Shown here piece by piece: positions 1 to 18,544 of a stretch of DNA of 64,000 nt. The notes beneath the pieces are model-generated. The model ran no database searches, was not told the DNA's origin, and saw only the letters and a program-made list of their open reading frames with translations. The number at the start of each line of letters is the position of its first letter. The first letter of the stretch is position 1. The stretch is taken from NCBI RefSeq assembly GCF_009914755.1, contig NC_060927.1, one strand, 5' to 3'. The stretch comes from the human T2T-CHM13v2.0 reference genome, Homo sapiens. The translations under genes were made by a program, and so were the position numbers.

Positions 1-579
1 TCTTAGCAGTGCCAAACTAAAAGGGCATATATTTTAAAATCAGGGTGGAAAAGTGATCTTCTTCATCTATTCTTAGCTCAGAACATATCTATATCCAACA
101 ATATACTTGAGATTGGCTTTGCATTGAGAGATCTATCCTGGGAATGAATATTTTCCAAGGAGCTCTCCCACTATCACAAAATAGGAGAAGGTAAAGTGGC
201 TAGGAAGGGAGGAAGAGCTAGGGATGAGAACAAGAGGAGAGAAGAGGGAAAGTTTTCCATTCTTGTAATTGTCAAGAGCCACTCCTTGATGATTCCGCCT
301 CCTCTCCTTGTCTGAGCTTCTTTTCTCCCCATCATGTTTGCTGCAGTATCTTTCTACATGGTCTCCCAGTCTGCATGTTTCTCTGCATCACTCCATGCTA
401 AACACAAACACCAAAATCATCTCCCTAAAACTGGACTCTGCACCATCTACATTTTCAAAGAAACCTTATCTCTTCCTTATGGCACAGTAATCATGTCCAG
501 ATACCTTCACCAGGCACTCATGGTATATAGCTTTACCTCTCACTATCCCAGTTACACCTAAGCAGGTAAAAGAAGGATG

Positions 580-791
580 GGAAAAATACAGTCTCTAAGT
601 CAGACCTGAGCTCAACTCCAGCTCAGTCTCGTAATAGTTTAATGATCTTAGGTAACATATTTTACCTTGAGGAGTCTCCGTTTCATTAAAAACTTGATTT
701 AAAATAATAACTCAAAGGGCTGTCATGAGGAATAAGCAACGTGGTGAATAAATTATATAGCATGTAATAGGTGCTCAATAAATGGTAGCTA
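580..791 (+). mobile_element. MIR SINE relic
   Basis: Degenerate MIR core (agtcagacctgagctcaactcc...) and MIR 3' end 'taggtgctcaataaatggtagct'. Confidence 0.7.
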
Positions 792-1667
792 CTTGTACTA
801 TGCTCAACCACATTGAACAATTTCCCTTTTGCCAAAATACCCCTGAGTCTTTTCTCAGGCCAATGGCCCTGGCAAGATTGCCAAATGTGCCTACAGAAAG
901 AATACATTATGCCAGGAGGAAAGGAGACTGGCTGAGGATGAAAGGTGGGTGGGGATGAGACAGCATCCACATAAGGTAAGCTGCCCCTTGTTAGAAAGAA
1001 ATGATGAATGGAGCTCTGAGAGAGGCGCAGGTGAAGGGGCAGGTCCACAAATTCAGAGTGGCCAGGCAGGGTCAGGCAGTTTCAGCATCTGATTCTCTTC
1101 CCTGACCATTAGAGCAATCCTCGGCCTGTCTTTCCACAACTAAGGAGGACACATCTCTTATCTCTTCATGCAGATGAATTGTCTGTGTTTCTTTAACAGA
1201 GAAGACATTCAGATGCTATATCCAGCACAGAAGAGAGGTTAGCAGAGGGCAACTCGGCTTGGGGTTTTAAATCTGAAGTATATTCACTATGGCTTGTACA
1301 GTTATAGTACCCATTATGTATGTATGTTATTATAAGGGGCTCTAGGAAATAGTGTCAGGAGACTCACTTCATAAGTATGTTTATTATTATCTCCGCTGTT
1401 CAAGCCACACAAAATAAATGTCTGGCATTTCCAGAAATTGCTATCGATTCAGCAGCAGATTTTACAAGGCCAATCAATAACAGTTTCCTCCTTTCCCCCT
1501 CCCACAGTGTGTATTTATTTGTGATGAAGCTGTCTGTTCCTCCTGCGCTTTCTAGTGCTTATAATTGGTCCAGAATAAACGGATGATTTCATCTTTTTCC
1601 AGGAAAAAAAGAGAGAATAAAAAACCTGCTATTAAAAATATCTTCCTCCCCCAGCCAAAAACAAAAC

Positions 1668-1732
1668 TGTGTGTGTGAGGGAGAGAGATAGAGATTGAGA
1701 TAGATACATCAATATAGATACAGATATAGATA
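1668..1732. repeat. Compound (GT)n/(GA)n/(GATA)n-like low-complexity microsatellite
   Basis: tgtgtgtgtgagggagagagatagagattgagatagatacatcaatatagatacagatatagata. Confidence 0.7.
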
Positions 1733-1976
1733 GTGACTGAATTCAAGCATGTCTGCCAGAGTGAGACCTTCAGCACATAAGCCACAGTCTGTGATCCTCT
1801 TTTCCCTGTACTGAAGTCATGCTGGATTAGGAGATTAGGGGCCCAGAAAGGCATATAGACCCTTTCAGTCATGAGTTCTTGTATTATGATGCCTTAGTAT
1901 TTTTCAGTGTCACCAACTATCTAACAGAGGCTGAAAGCAGGCAAGAACTTCAGAGTTTACCAACCCCAGCCTTTCT

Positions 1977-2345
1977 TTTTTATTATTATTATTATTATTA
2001 TACTTTAAGTTTTAGGGTACATGTGCACAATGTGCAGGTTAGTTACATATGTATACATGTGCCATGTTGGTGTGCTGCACCCATTAACTCATCGTTTAGC
2101 ATTAGGTATATCTCCTAATGCTATCCCTCCCCGCTCCCCCCACCCCACATCAGTCCCCAGAGTGTGATGTTCCCCTTCCTGTGTCCACGTGTTCTCATTG
2201 TTCAATACCCATCTGTGAGTGAGAACATGCGGTGTTTGGTTTTTTGTCCTTGCGATATACTGAGAATCATGATTTCCAATTTCATCCATGTCCCTACAAA
2301 GGACATGAACTCACCATTTTTTATGGCTGCATAGTATTCCATGGT
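1977..2345 (-). mobile_element. 5'-truncated young L1 (L1PA2/PA3-like) 3' end, ~370 bp
   Basis: Hallmark 'tactttaagttttagggtacatgtgcacaatgtgcaggttagttacatatg...tagtattccatggt'; tail seen as T/(TAT)n; CTTTCT duplicated at 1971-1976 and 2346-2351. Confidence 0.93.
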
Positions 2346-2829
2346 CTTTCTATAGATTAAAGCATGGAAGCTCAAAAAGGAAATACAGGAGGTATAAACT
2401 CAGGTCTCTTACCTCCTTGTCCAATAATTTTCCCTGCTGCCCTACCATACCTGCCACAGTACCTGACTCTATGTCTGTCACCAGAGAAAAGGGATCCTCG
2501 TACACATTTGTCGAGGAACTTCACTGTGGCAGACAGTGGTGATTAGGATTCTCTTCCCCACTGTAACTCACTAGCTCGCTATGGTCAAACAGCTAGTCAT
2601 TCATTCCCTGGCCTTTGGTGTCAGAACAGTGTCCAGCCTTCCTTGCCTCTTAAAGTCTATGGACAGTCTGCTTCACCAGCACCACCCCCATGTCCTGGAC
2701 TAGCCATGGCTCTGAGCAGAGCCAGAGCAAAACACCACTGGCCGGCAAAGGGGTGTGGGAGCATGTGGGAGTCATGCCCAGCCTGGGCTGCTGGTCAGAA
2801 GTCTGTGCTTAGAAGAATAGTTTTCTCCT

Positions 2830-3286
2830 TGTTATGGGCTGAATTGTGTCATCACTACCTTTTCCGCCCCCAAGAAAAAGATGCTGAAGTTCTAACCCCC
2901 AGGACCTCAGAATGTAACCTTTCTTGGAGACTGGATCTTTATAGAGGTAATCAAGTTAAAATGAGATGGTTAGGGTGAACTCTCTTCTAATACAGCTGGT
3001 GTCCTTGTAAAAAGGAGAAATGTCGACACTGAGAGAAACACCCACACAGGGAGAATGCCATGTGAAGATGAAGGCGGAGATCAGAGCAATGCTTCTTCAA
3101 GCCAAGAAACACCAAAGCGTTATCAGCAAACCACCATGAGCTGGAAGAAAAGCCTGGAGCAGGTTCTCCTTCCCAGCCCTTAGAAGGAAGCAACCCTGCT
3201 GACGCCTTGGTTTCAGACTTCTGGCCTCCAGAACTGTGAGATGATACATTTCCTTTGTTTACAATGGCCCCAGCAAACTAATAACA
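2830..3286 (+). mobile_element. MaLR solo LTR (MLT1B/C-like)
   Basis: Starts 'tgttatgggctgaattgtgtc', contains 'gaggtaatcaagttaaaatgag' and 'gacttctggcctccagaactgtgag', ends 'aaactaataaca'. Confidence 0.85.
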
Positions 3287-3380
3287 CCTCTCTTTCTCAA
3301 CAGCTAGTGTTCAGAGGGTGCAGCACTGAGGAATCCAGAACTTAAAGTCAGAAAAATGTTTTAACTAGACTGGAGGCTCA

Positions 3381-3806
<426 letters not shown>

Positions 3807-3989
3807 TTACAAATGTGGAATAAGTAAAATACTGCCCAAACTACATAAAATCAGTTGTCTGTGATGCTATATGGTAAGCATAAGTCATGTACAATTTCTG
3901 CTACAATACAGTAAAGTACACATGTTTTTCACCAGGGTAAAATGTAAACATAAAGAAAACCCCTGAGCACCTTGGCAAAAATAACACTT

Positions 3990-4724
<735 letters not shown>

Positions 4725-5899
4725 TTATTAACTGGGCATTTCTCATGTTTCTTGTTTGCTGAGCTCACAGCCATTTTGGTGGAGCAACCCACCAAACTAT
4801 GTTCATGTGATTCCTGCCTGAAATCACAGACTCCAGTCCCCATGATAAAGGAACTGTATTCCTAACTAGTCCTCCCTTAAGGAAAAAGGATGCTTCCTAC
4901 CTCACAAAGCAGACATTCTCAGACCAGCCCTGATTGTTAGAAATGTATTTCTTCAGACCACCTAAAGCCAGACCCTCTGTCACTTTCACACACTCGCCTT
5001 CTCAGTTCTACCCTCTAGAGCTCGGGAATAACAAGAAACTAGTCCATACTTCTCCCAAACTTCTTTCCCCTAGGCTGATGTTTTAATCAATGGAGATTTC
5101 TTTCCAGAAGCCTTGTTAATCAAGCTATCACTAATCAGTCAAATCCCAATAGAATGCAGGCCAAAACATTGTCCCAATTATTTTGTTGTGTTAGGATTTT
5201 ATAATATAAAAAATATATATTTTAAAGAAATGGAATTCCACCTGGGGCCTAACATTCTTTCTGTTTTAGAAAGAGTTGCATCATAGTAATATTTGTTTTA
5301 TTTTGCTTTATTGGGATTGAACCTGCCATTATGCTGCTGAGTGTCTCAGTATGAATGTTGGAAATAGCTTTCTCTCACCATTAGCTCAGAAAAAATCTGT
5401 CAGCGAAACACAGGTAAATAGATTATGATTGTGTTGACAGCCCTTTTCATAAGCTAATGGGCTCTCTAACCCATTCGTGACTGCTGTCCCCCACAAGGTC
5501 TTATAAGCAGATTGCTCCAGAGTTTGCTGAATTTGGCAAATTGATACACTGGGCTCATTTGATTTCCAATTTCTGTGAATGATTGTTAGGTAATTTAACA
5601 ATACATGAGTGTGCTTAGAACGCCTTATGCAGCATTAGTTAGGGTAAATAAGCAATTCAGTTGAGAACAGCAATGTTAACACGGGCAAAATCTACTATCT
5701 TCCTTTTTAGTAGTGGATTCCCTTCATGTTTTAAGTGGAAATTTTAAAATATGTGCATACATGTGAGACTTCTGAGTCCTATCATTCATATTTGATCATT
5801 AGGGCTACTGCAGGAGAGGGAACATACAATTTTACTTGAAAGACGAAAGAAATCCAGTCAACACAAGGGCTAAAACAAACCAAAAAAAAAAAAAGTGAA

Positions 5900-6530
5900 A
5901 CATTTCAACCATACTATAACAATATTTTTTTTTAACTTAAGTTCAAGTATCTGGTATTGCCGTGGCTGGGGAAATACTTTTATATACTCCTTGTGGGAGT
6001 ATAAACTGAGGTAATATTTCGGAAACACAATTTGGCAAATATTATCAAAAGCCTTTCAAGTGTGCATACGCTTTGACGCAGACCCACTGATTTCACTTGT
6101 AGGAATTTATTCTAAGGAGATAATACTGGGTATGTGCAAAGATTTATTTACGAAGATGTTTATTGCAACAGTATTTATAATAGAAGCAATTAGAAAACAA
6201 CAAATAGCCAATAAAAGAAAATTGGCTTTTAAAAAACAGGTACATGCATTTATACAATGTTATATTGTACAGTCCTTAAAAATTATGTTATAGAAAAATT
6301 ATTAATATGAAAAAATATCCATAATACACTATTAAGCTGAAGAAGCAAGTTTTGAAACAGCATTTTCAGGATACCAATTTGGCAAACTCTCATATAAGCA
6401 TAGATTAAAGACATATCAAAATTCAGCAGTACCTACCTCTGAAGGTTGGGATTATGGGTGGTTTTTATTTCCTTCTTTATCTCTTCTGAATTTCTCTGAA
6501 TGTTTTATAGTGAACACAATATATTTGCTC
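5900..6530 (+). mobile_element. Ancient L1 (L1ME-type) 3' fragment
   Basis: Degenerate ORF2 end/3'UTR: 'gtgggagtataaactg...caatttggcaaata...aggaatttattctaaggagataat'. Confidence 0.65.
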
Positions 6531-7139
6531 TACAAATATATTATGATGAGATTTAATCTTATATGTAAAAGATTCTAATTTCTAAAGATGCTATGTTATG
6601 ACGAAATCAGGCGCATTTTCCTACTGGCTTAATTCACAACGCTAAGTGAACGAAACCTTTTTTTGGCACTTCTGACTACTACAGCGCCAAACATACTCCA
6701 TCTTTTAAAGCAAGTTTGAAAACCAGTGGACAATTCTACAATTAGCCAAGATACTCAGTTCAGTTTCCTTGAAATAAAAAGATGTGTGGAGTCTTTCAGG
6801 ACAGGAAGAGAATATTAGTATTACCACCCAAGAGCATTAGATGTGGAGTCAAAACAACCACAGTCAAGTTCAAATTCTAATACTAACTACCAGGTGACTT
6901 GAGCAAGTCTCTTAGTCCTTCCATAGGGCTCCCAGACTGGAACTATATAGATATACTGATTTTTCTTTAAAAACATAAGGGATATGAAAGATCAATGTGC
7001 ATTTACCTAAAATACCACCAAAGCAGTCATATGTTATATAGCACATAGCTTTAAGTCATCTCTAGACAAGAATCACAATAACTAATAACCAGTCTTGGTT
7101 AGAATGACATTGATGAAACTGATTTTCTTTTTCTTTTTG

Positions 7140-7485
7140 TCTTTATGTCTGCTGTTTGTTGTTTTATTTGATATATGTGAAATAAAACATACACTGACGC
7201 ACAAAGTGCGTAAGTCATAAATGTACAGTTTAACATATTATTGCAATGTAAGCCCCAGTGTAAGCCCCACCCAAGTGAAGAACTGGAAAAGAGCCAGCAC
7301 CTCGAAGGACCGATGTGCCGCTTCCCAATCACACTGCCTTTCTTGCCCTGGAGTCACCACTCTCCTGATGTTACTGTGATCATTTCCTTGATTTGCTGTA
7401 TAGTTTTACCACCTAAGTTTGCATTAACAATACCGTTTACTTGTGTTTAGTTTTGAACTTATATAAATGGAATCATACAGGAAAA
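7140..7485 (-). mobile_element. Ancient L1 (L1ME/MD-type) 3' end
   Basis: 'aaagtgcgtaagtcataaatgtacagttt...ttttgaacttatataaatggaatcatacag'. Confidence 0.6.
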
Positions 7486-9229
7486 ATTGTCATGTTATGA
7501 TGGTTGTAAAAAACATTTTGTAAAGTGTAAAATATGCATGAGTAAATGACATTATTATCAGCAATCCTATTATGTGGGAACATAGACATTGAGTTGCAAC
7601 CATCTAAAGCAGGTGGCTGATCTCATAATTTTGATGTTAAGTCATTTGCAGTCAGGTCTAGACATCCTCACCTCTCCAGATAGTCAGCCTAAGCTCACGG
7701 ACAAGGATCCACTGAAGCTCTGTATTTGTGACTTCTTGTGCCACCTGGATGGAAAAATACTCACCCAAGGCTGAAGGGGTCCATAAACACCTGCTTTGTT
7801 CATAAACAAGCAGGCTTCCCTCTGTTGAGTGAGTTCCCCAGTTATTATCAAGGCTCTAAGGTCATAACTGGTTAATTGTTGGCTAGAAATCAATACACAC
7901 AGAGTGATGATTTTTGATAAGAGCTTATAATAAGCAAGTTCAAGTTCAAAAGACTTGCTGTCTTTTTGCTCTTACATGCTGAAGAAAAGGTGCTGATCTC
8001 TTTTGTTGGAAAAAACCATAGCCCCACTCATGCTGCTAGCTAAATTAAGAACTACTTAATATTTTTAATAGGGCTTTGGCCAATTCATTTTGTCCTTATG
8101 CCCAGGTATTCAAACACTACCTAGAATTTTTTTTTAATTGCAAGCAAATTCATCAACCTATTCTCTGGCATCATGAGGCCTCAGGGTTATAGCTACCCTT
8201 TGTCCCAGTTTTGAAACAATCTTGCCATTCTTTGATGTTAGCGGCTACCTTGTGAACTGATCCATGGGGCTCCCAGTGCCTGAGGCTGAGGCTCAGTATC
8301 ACCATGGGTTTCCCAGCTGGCATTTGGCCAAAGCTTGCCATTCCTCCTGTGCAGCCACCCATGCATGTGTACATGAGTACACGCATGTGTGAATGGGTGG
8401 GTGTGTTCAAGCGTGTGTAGGCATACTGTCTGCTCATTCCACAAGTAGCATTACTGTGGATGGTAGCAATAACAGTAAGAATGCTTTTCATATAGTAAAT
8501 GTTGGGTAAATGAGTGAACAAATGAGTAACGCTTCAACAGGCTTTCTACCCGAACATTCCTCTTCTCACAACTGAGCCCGTCTGAATTCCACCTTCGGGC
8601 TCAAAACTGCCATTCCAAGGACTAATTCAAGACTTAGTCAAGTAGAATTTCAGGGGCTTTAGTCCAGATTCTCAAAAGATTCAGAATTCATTGTACCTGG
8701 CCAATCCTCCCATGATGATGTTCAGTCCAAATTTGGATCACTGCTTTGTTTCTCTCCATAGAAGCCAGGTGCACTCCTCCTTGAGTATCTGGAGCACTTG
8801 CTACTCAGCCTGGAGACCTTGTTAACTATTTCCATTCCCATAGACAGTGGACATCATCTTCCTAAATTCAAGTAACTAGGACTGACTTCTTATGCTACTC
8901 AGACTCTGCCCAAATTAACATGTGGCTTTGTCTCATTATTGGAAGATTCTTTGCCAAAACCTTTACCTTTCTCTGGTCCTCCCTGATCCTGACCAAAGCC
9001 ACTTCTTATCATACTCTCCACATGCCGCATCTATTCACTGGAATTTCTCACCTCACTAGCATCTTGGTCTGTCCTCAGAACATCATGATGGGCATCTCTA
9101 ATTTCCAGTTCCACTACTGTCCTGATCTGCCCTTTCCATTGCCTACTGAAAGGCCTTCAAATTTTAAATTAAATATAACCAAAAATTTAATTTTTTTTCT
9201 TTTTTCCCCAAAGTGCCTTGGAAATTTAT

Positions 9230-11230
<2,001 letters not shown>

Positions 11231-11239
11231 TCTCAGCAC

Positions 11240-12209
<970 letters not shown>

Positions 12210-13194
12210 TTAAAGCTAAACTCTTTAGAGTTACTAAATATTTCAAGCAGCAATTATTAATTCAGCACTAGAGCAATGATCTCAAAACATTTTTTTAAAT
12301 CAAACTCCACCAAGAAGAAAATGTGTGCATTCACCTCAATACATTTATTTATATTTTTATATTTATATGTATACACTTCCGTAAATCTATACATTAAAGA
12401 ATAATAAGGGTTAATTTGTTTCTTATTTGGAGTTAAAAATAGGTATAAATAAAACTTTGAATATTTTCTTCACACTCTTCAAAATATTGTTCTTTATATT
12501 TCCCCAGGCTGGGCACATTCTGCAGATTACTGCTCAAAGGAGCCTGGACACCAGATTCTCTTCTGGACACCATGAAGAATACAGCAAAGGACAACACAGG
12601 CCCTGTCCTCAGGATTTCACCAGCAGCCTGGGAACAAATGCCACACGAATTTTATAGCTATCAGAGTCATGTGAAAGCAGGGAATGGAGAGATTGCTTCC
12701 TACTGGGGAAGAGAAGAGTCTTCAGGGAAGAGGGGGCCCTGGAGCAGAACATAAAGTATGTAAAGAAGAATTTTGTGTTCTGTATGCTGAGAAAACCCCT
12801 CTTTACCCACGCCCTGGCAACATTACAGGATGTCATGCTAGGGAGTGCTGTTGAGTGGGGAAGAGTCTGTACACCTGCCATGTAATAACTGTTGGTGGGT
12901 TTTTCTTCATGTGTTTCTTCCTGTTTGTTTAATGTATATATTTTCATTCTGCCTCCAGGACACAGTGACACATATTTCAGTTTTGGCAAAGGACAATGCC
13001 GTAGGGGTGTGGGAGGAAGATGCCTCTGGCAAAGATGGCTGAACTTTGACAAGTTAATATCCAATGCTGCTTCATTGTCTTCTTATTTTCAAATATAAGA
13101 ATCACAGCCTCCAAAACAGAAACAATGACAGTGCTCTCCCAAGACCTTTTCCCCTTCACTACTCTGAGGTGCCTAGGAATAACTTAAAAATAAT

Positions 13195-13740
13195 GCATGC
13201 AAACATTAAATGAATAGTACTCCTTGAATGTTCCTAAAATGTGACTCTGACCCTGTCACTACCATGATTAACAGCTTCAATTAGTTATTCCTGTCTACAG
13301 AATGCATCTCAAATTTCCCTTGGTGGCATTCAAGATGCTTCAAATTCTGGCCTTTACCTTGACACCTGCTATGTTCCTCCTATCTCCTACCAGACACATC
13401 AAACCATATGCTCCTCCTTGCACACTGGCTTTATCCCCCATAACAGCTCAGCCAATTCACCACCACCCTGCCCCATCTGTCTAAGTCCCACTCACCTTCC
13501 TGTCCCAGTTCAGAAGTCACCATCTCTATGAAGCCTCTACATTCCCATCTTCCACCTGCCCTGGAAGAATCGAACTCATCCACCTTTGAGTTTCTATTAT
13601 AATTCTTTTTTTTTTTTTTTTTTTGCTATTGCCTTGGAATATAGTCATCTGTGTCTATTTCTGTCTCTTGCTTAAGACTAAAAGCTTTCTGAGGATAGGA
13701 AATGTTAAATTATCTCTTTCTACAACACAGCATTTCACAC
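13195..13740 (+). mobile_element. L2 relic
   Basis: Degenerate L2 3' region: 'cagttcagaagtcaccatctctatgaagcct', 'agactaaaagctttctgaggatagg'. Confidence 0.55.
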
Positions 13741-13849
13741 CAATGAAAAGGCGACTTGTATCAGTAAGCTATGGCAATTCTCACCTCATTTAGGGAGCTG
13801 TTTAAATTTACCTAAATTTCAAATGTTCGCATCTGAAGAACAGGCTGGG

Positions 13850-14300
13850 CAGTATAAGGAAGCTACAAAGTTTTGTTTTGAGTTCTTGAATTTGATAAGC
13901 CTGTAGGACTTTCAAGGGGAGATGTCTAGAATGTGATTGGATATACCTTGCTGAATATAAGAAAAGATAACAATTTAGTATTCATCAGTATGCAGATAAT
14001 AGTAAAAACTATGAGAGTCTATGAGATTTTCCTATAAAATGAGAAGAAATGTGCCCAAAGACAAAACCTTAAGGGGCAGCAGTATTTGATAATCAGGGGA
14101 AGAAGTGATCCCAAAGAAGAACAAGAAGCCGTGATAAAAAAGATACAAAAGAACTCCAGGTATTTGAATATTTCAAAAGAGAAGGAAATGATAAACTGTA
14201 GAATGCTACTAAAGTTCGATAAAGTAGGGGCTGAAAAGTGTTCATGGACTTTGGCAGTTAGAATGTCCTTCAAATCTCAATGCAAGCAACTTTCATTATG
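13850..14300 (-). mobile_element. L2 relic
   Basis: 'gagttcttgaatttgataagcctgtaggactttcaaggggagatgtctaga' typical of antisense L2. Confidence 0.5.
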
Positions 14301-14587
14301 GTTAAGAGATGAATTAGTGTTTATCTAAAAAGAGGGTAATCCTTTCCAAAGTTAGAATAAAATGGAAGAAAAGAAAAAAGTTGCTTGGGCCCAAGAGTAA
14401 GTTTGTTTCTCTATTGTTTTGAAAAAAATTTAAGCATGCTTATTAGCTAAAGGAAAGGAATCAGTCCAGAAAAATATTAAAGATGTAAGAGAGAGACTCT
14501 AGCAACATATAAAAAGGATTATGTATCATGACCAAATGGGATTAATCCCAGGAATGCAAGGTTGGGTCAACACATGAAAGTTGTATT

Positions 14588-14898
<311 letters not shown>

Positions 14899-16419
14899 TT
14901 AATAGAATAAAGAAACAAATTACCATTTCAATATACACAGAAAAATCTTTGCCAAAATCTAACACCATTTCATGATAAAGACACTCAATGCACCAGGAAT
15001 AAAAGATTACTTCCTCAATCTGATAAAGGGCATCTATAAATACCTCAGCTAACATCATACTTAATGATCAAGGCTGAACATTTCCTTTCTAAAATGATAA
15101 ACAAGTCAAGGATGCCCATTCTTCATTTCTATTTATACTGTACTAGAGATTTTAGCTAGAACAATTAGGTAAGAAAAATAAATGAAACATATTCATATTG
15201 AAAAGGAAAAGGTAAAACTATCTATTCACAAATGACGTATATACAAAATCCTAAGTAACCCACAAAAACTTATTAGAACTAATACCAAGTTCAGCAAGGC
15301 AGCAGGATACAAAATCTTACAAAAATCAATTCTATTTCTATATATAATTGATGAAAAATTAAAAATGAAATTAAGAAAATAATTTTATTTACATCAAAAG
15401 TAATAAAATTATTAAGAATAAATTTAACAAAACTAAGACAAGACTTGCGCAATGAACATTATAAAACATCATTAAAAGAAATTAAAGAAGATCTAAACAA
15501 ATGAAAAGACATTCTATGTTCATGGATCAAAAGACAAAATATTTAAAAATGTAGTTCACTCCCCAAACTGAACTACAGATCCAATGCAATCCCCTTCAGA
15601 ATCTCCGCTAGCTTTTTTGCAGAAATTGGCAGTTGATCCTGAAATTCGTAAGGCATGCAAATCACCCAGAATAAGTAAAACAATCTTTAAAAAAATTAGA
15701 GGACTCACATGTCTTGACTTCAAAACTTACTACAAAGGCACTGTAATAAGACAGGATGTACTAAAGTAAACTAGATTTATATATCAATAGAATAAAATTG
15801 AGAATCTAGAAATAAGCCCTCATCTTCAGGTTTAATTGATTTTTGACAAAGATATTGGGACCATTTAATGAGAGGAAAAAAATCTTTACAACAACTGGCA
15901 CTGTGACAACTAGATAGCCACATGCAAAAAAAATTAATAAATTTGAACCACTAATTTATACTGTATACAGAAACTAACTCAAAATGGATCACAGACCTAA
16001 ATGGAAGAGCAAAACTATAAAAGATCTTAGAGGAAAACCTGAGTAAATCTTTGTGCTCTTGGATTGGGCAATGGTTTCTCAGATAGGATACCAAAAGCAT
16101 AAGCAACAACAATCAGAATAAAAAAAAATTAGACCTTATCAAGATTAAAAATTTCTGCGCTTTTAAAAGTACAATAAAGTAAAAGCAAAAAATGTGAAAG
16201 TGGAAAGACAACCAAGAAAGTGCAAAACATAATCCTCACAATGAGAGAAAATATTTGAAAATCATATATCTGGTAAATGACTAGAATTCAGAATATAGAT
16301 ATAAAACACAACTCAATAATAAAAATAAAACACAATATTTAAGTGAAAAAGCATCTGAATAGATGTTTTTCTAAAGATATACAAATAGCCAATAATCACA
16401 TGAAAACATGTTCAATATC

Positions 16420-16796
16420 TGCTATGGTTTGAATGTGTCCCCCAAAGTTGATGTGTTGAAAACTTAATCCCCAATGCAATAATCTTGAGGGGTGGGATCT
16501 TTAAGAGGTAATTAGATCATGAGAGAATGCCCTTATGAATGGATTAATGCCATTATCATAGAAGTGGTTCATTATTTCAAGAGTGCGGGTCATTATAAAT
16601 GATGGTTTGGCCCTCTCTGTTGTTTTCTCTTGCCCATGTGGTGACTTTTTTCACGTTATGACACAGCAAGAAGGCCCTCACTGGATGCCATCACCTCAAT
16701 CTTGGACTTTCCAGGCTCCAGAACTGTGAGAAACTTTTCTTTACAAATTACCCAGTCTCTGGTAGTCTATTACAGCGGCACAAAATGACTAAGAAA
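16420..16796 (+). mobile_element. MaLR solo LTR (MST-type) inserted in L1
   Basis: 'tgctatggtttgaatgtgtcccccaaag...cttggactttccaggctccagaactgtgaga...aaaatgactaaga'; L1 sequence resumes on both sides (atatc/acatc). Confidence 0.88.
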
Positions 16797-18544
16797 ACAT
16801 CATTAGTCATTGGGAAAATGAAAATCAATAACCCAATAGGATACCATTTCACAACACTAGCATGTGTGTAATCAAAAAGGTAATAATAGATGTTGGTAAG
16901 GATGATGAAAAATTAGAGCCCCTATGCATTGTTGGTGGGAATGTAAAATGGTGTAGACATTTTGGAAAAGTTTGATCACTCCTAAAAATGTTAAATATAT
17001 GGTTAACATACGACCTGGCAGTTCCATTCCTAGATATATGCCAAAGAGAAGAGAAAACATGCCCACACAAAAACTTGTATATGAATCATTATTCATAATA
17101 GCCAAAACATGGAAAGAATTCAAATATTAATGAACTGATAAATAAACAAAATGTGGTGAAATATTATTTATACATCAAAAGTAATGATATACTGATGTGT
17201 GATACAACATGGATAAACCTTGAAAATATTTTGTTAAGTGAAAGAAGCCACTTAGGAAAGATGGCTTATTGTATGAGTTCGCTGATATGAAATGTTCAGA
17301 ATAGGAAAAACTATAGAGACAGAAAGTAGCTAAGTGTTTACCCAAAGCTGGGGGCTGGGGGTGGGAAGGGAGTGGAAATGGAGAGAGATTTGCCAGTGGG
17401 TGCTGAGTTTCTTTCTCCGATGCTGAAAATATTCTAGAATTCGGTAGTGATTATTAAATCAAAAGTTCATTAATGTACTACAAATATTATTTTACACTTT
17501 AAAGGGGTGACTTTTATGGTACATTAATTACATTTTAATGGAGCCACTCTGGAAAAGAGAGAGCAAGGAACTAACTGATGGAATGAAGACCTAGAGGACA
17601 TAAGAATGGCTAACCCTCCATGCCAGTATAAGACGTGGCTTTAAATAGTTCTAAGACTGAAAGAAGGGAGAACGGATGAGCACGAAGGTACCTTTGCAGG
17701 TGACAGAGTAAAGGTGAGGGAGGCCCCAATTAAGGGAATTTGCTCCAGTGCCTCAATTTTCTAGAAATTAAAAGTAATATTAACTGCTGGAACTAAAGGG
17801 TTGGGAGTTGGGTAGAGAACTTGAGGAAAAAATACGCTAATTAATATAATCAAATGTAGCCCCTGAAGAAAATGAAGAGGAAGCAGCCTAAGAATAAATA
17901 AAAGAAGGAAGTTGGCATTTGCTAAGACTCTCTTTGCATGGCATCTGGCCCTCAGGCACATTTTGTTCTCTTTTTTATTCAGCACCTCAGTAATCTCCAC
18001 AAGAGCCCTAAGAAGACAGTACTGCCAGGAAACTGTTCAAACAGACATATCTGTAGGGGACCTCCGGGCTGCACATGACCCATTTTTCAACATCACTGGC
18101 CAAAGTGCAACAAGGTCACGTACTGCAAATATTTGTGATTAGAAAGATTCTTTCCTCTAAAAGTTGCCATGAGATAGTTCTGCGAAATATAAATATTGGC
18201 TCAGGGTGATTGACAGCAACTGAAAATTCAAACAAAGGCAATACAGCCCAGGGATCCTCTGTGGTCCCAGCAGTAGGGGAATCATGCACCATCAAGACAA
18301 CATCAGAGACCTCCCTACCTAGGGCTCAGAGGGTGGGGCAGGGTAAATTCTGCTCAGTGCCCCTGTTAGCTCACTACTGGAAAAGCAGAAAGCTTGGCTT
18401 CAGCCACCTCTACAGCCCAGAGGACTCCTCCCCTGCACCAGCCGGTAAGACAACTAATGTAATGTTGAGGAACACTCAGAACTGTTTCTAAGCCTGTTTA
18501 AGGACACACTGATGTCTCCAGGCAAATTAGCCTATTATCAAGCA

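Noticed and set aside
8360-8425. Alternating purine-pyrimidine tract (possible Z-DNA)
   Set aside because: Short, interrupted, degenerate (CA/TG) low-complexity sequence that is common in mammalian DNA.
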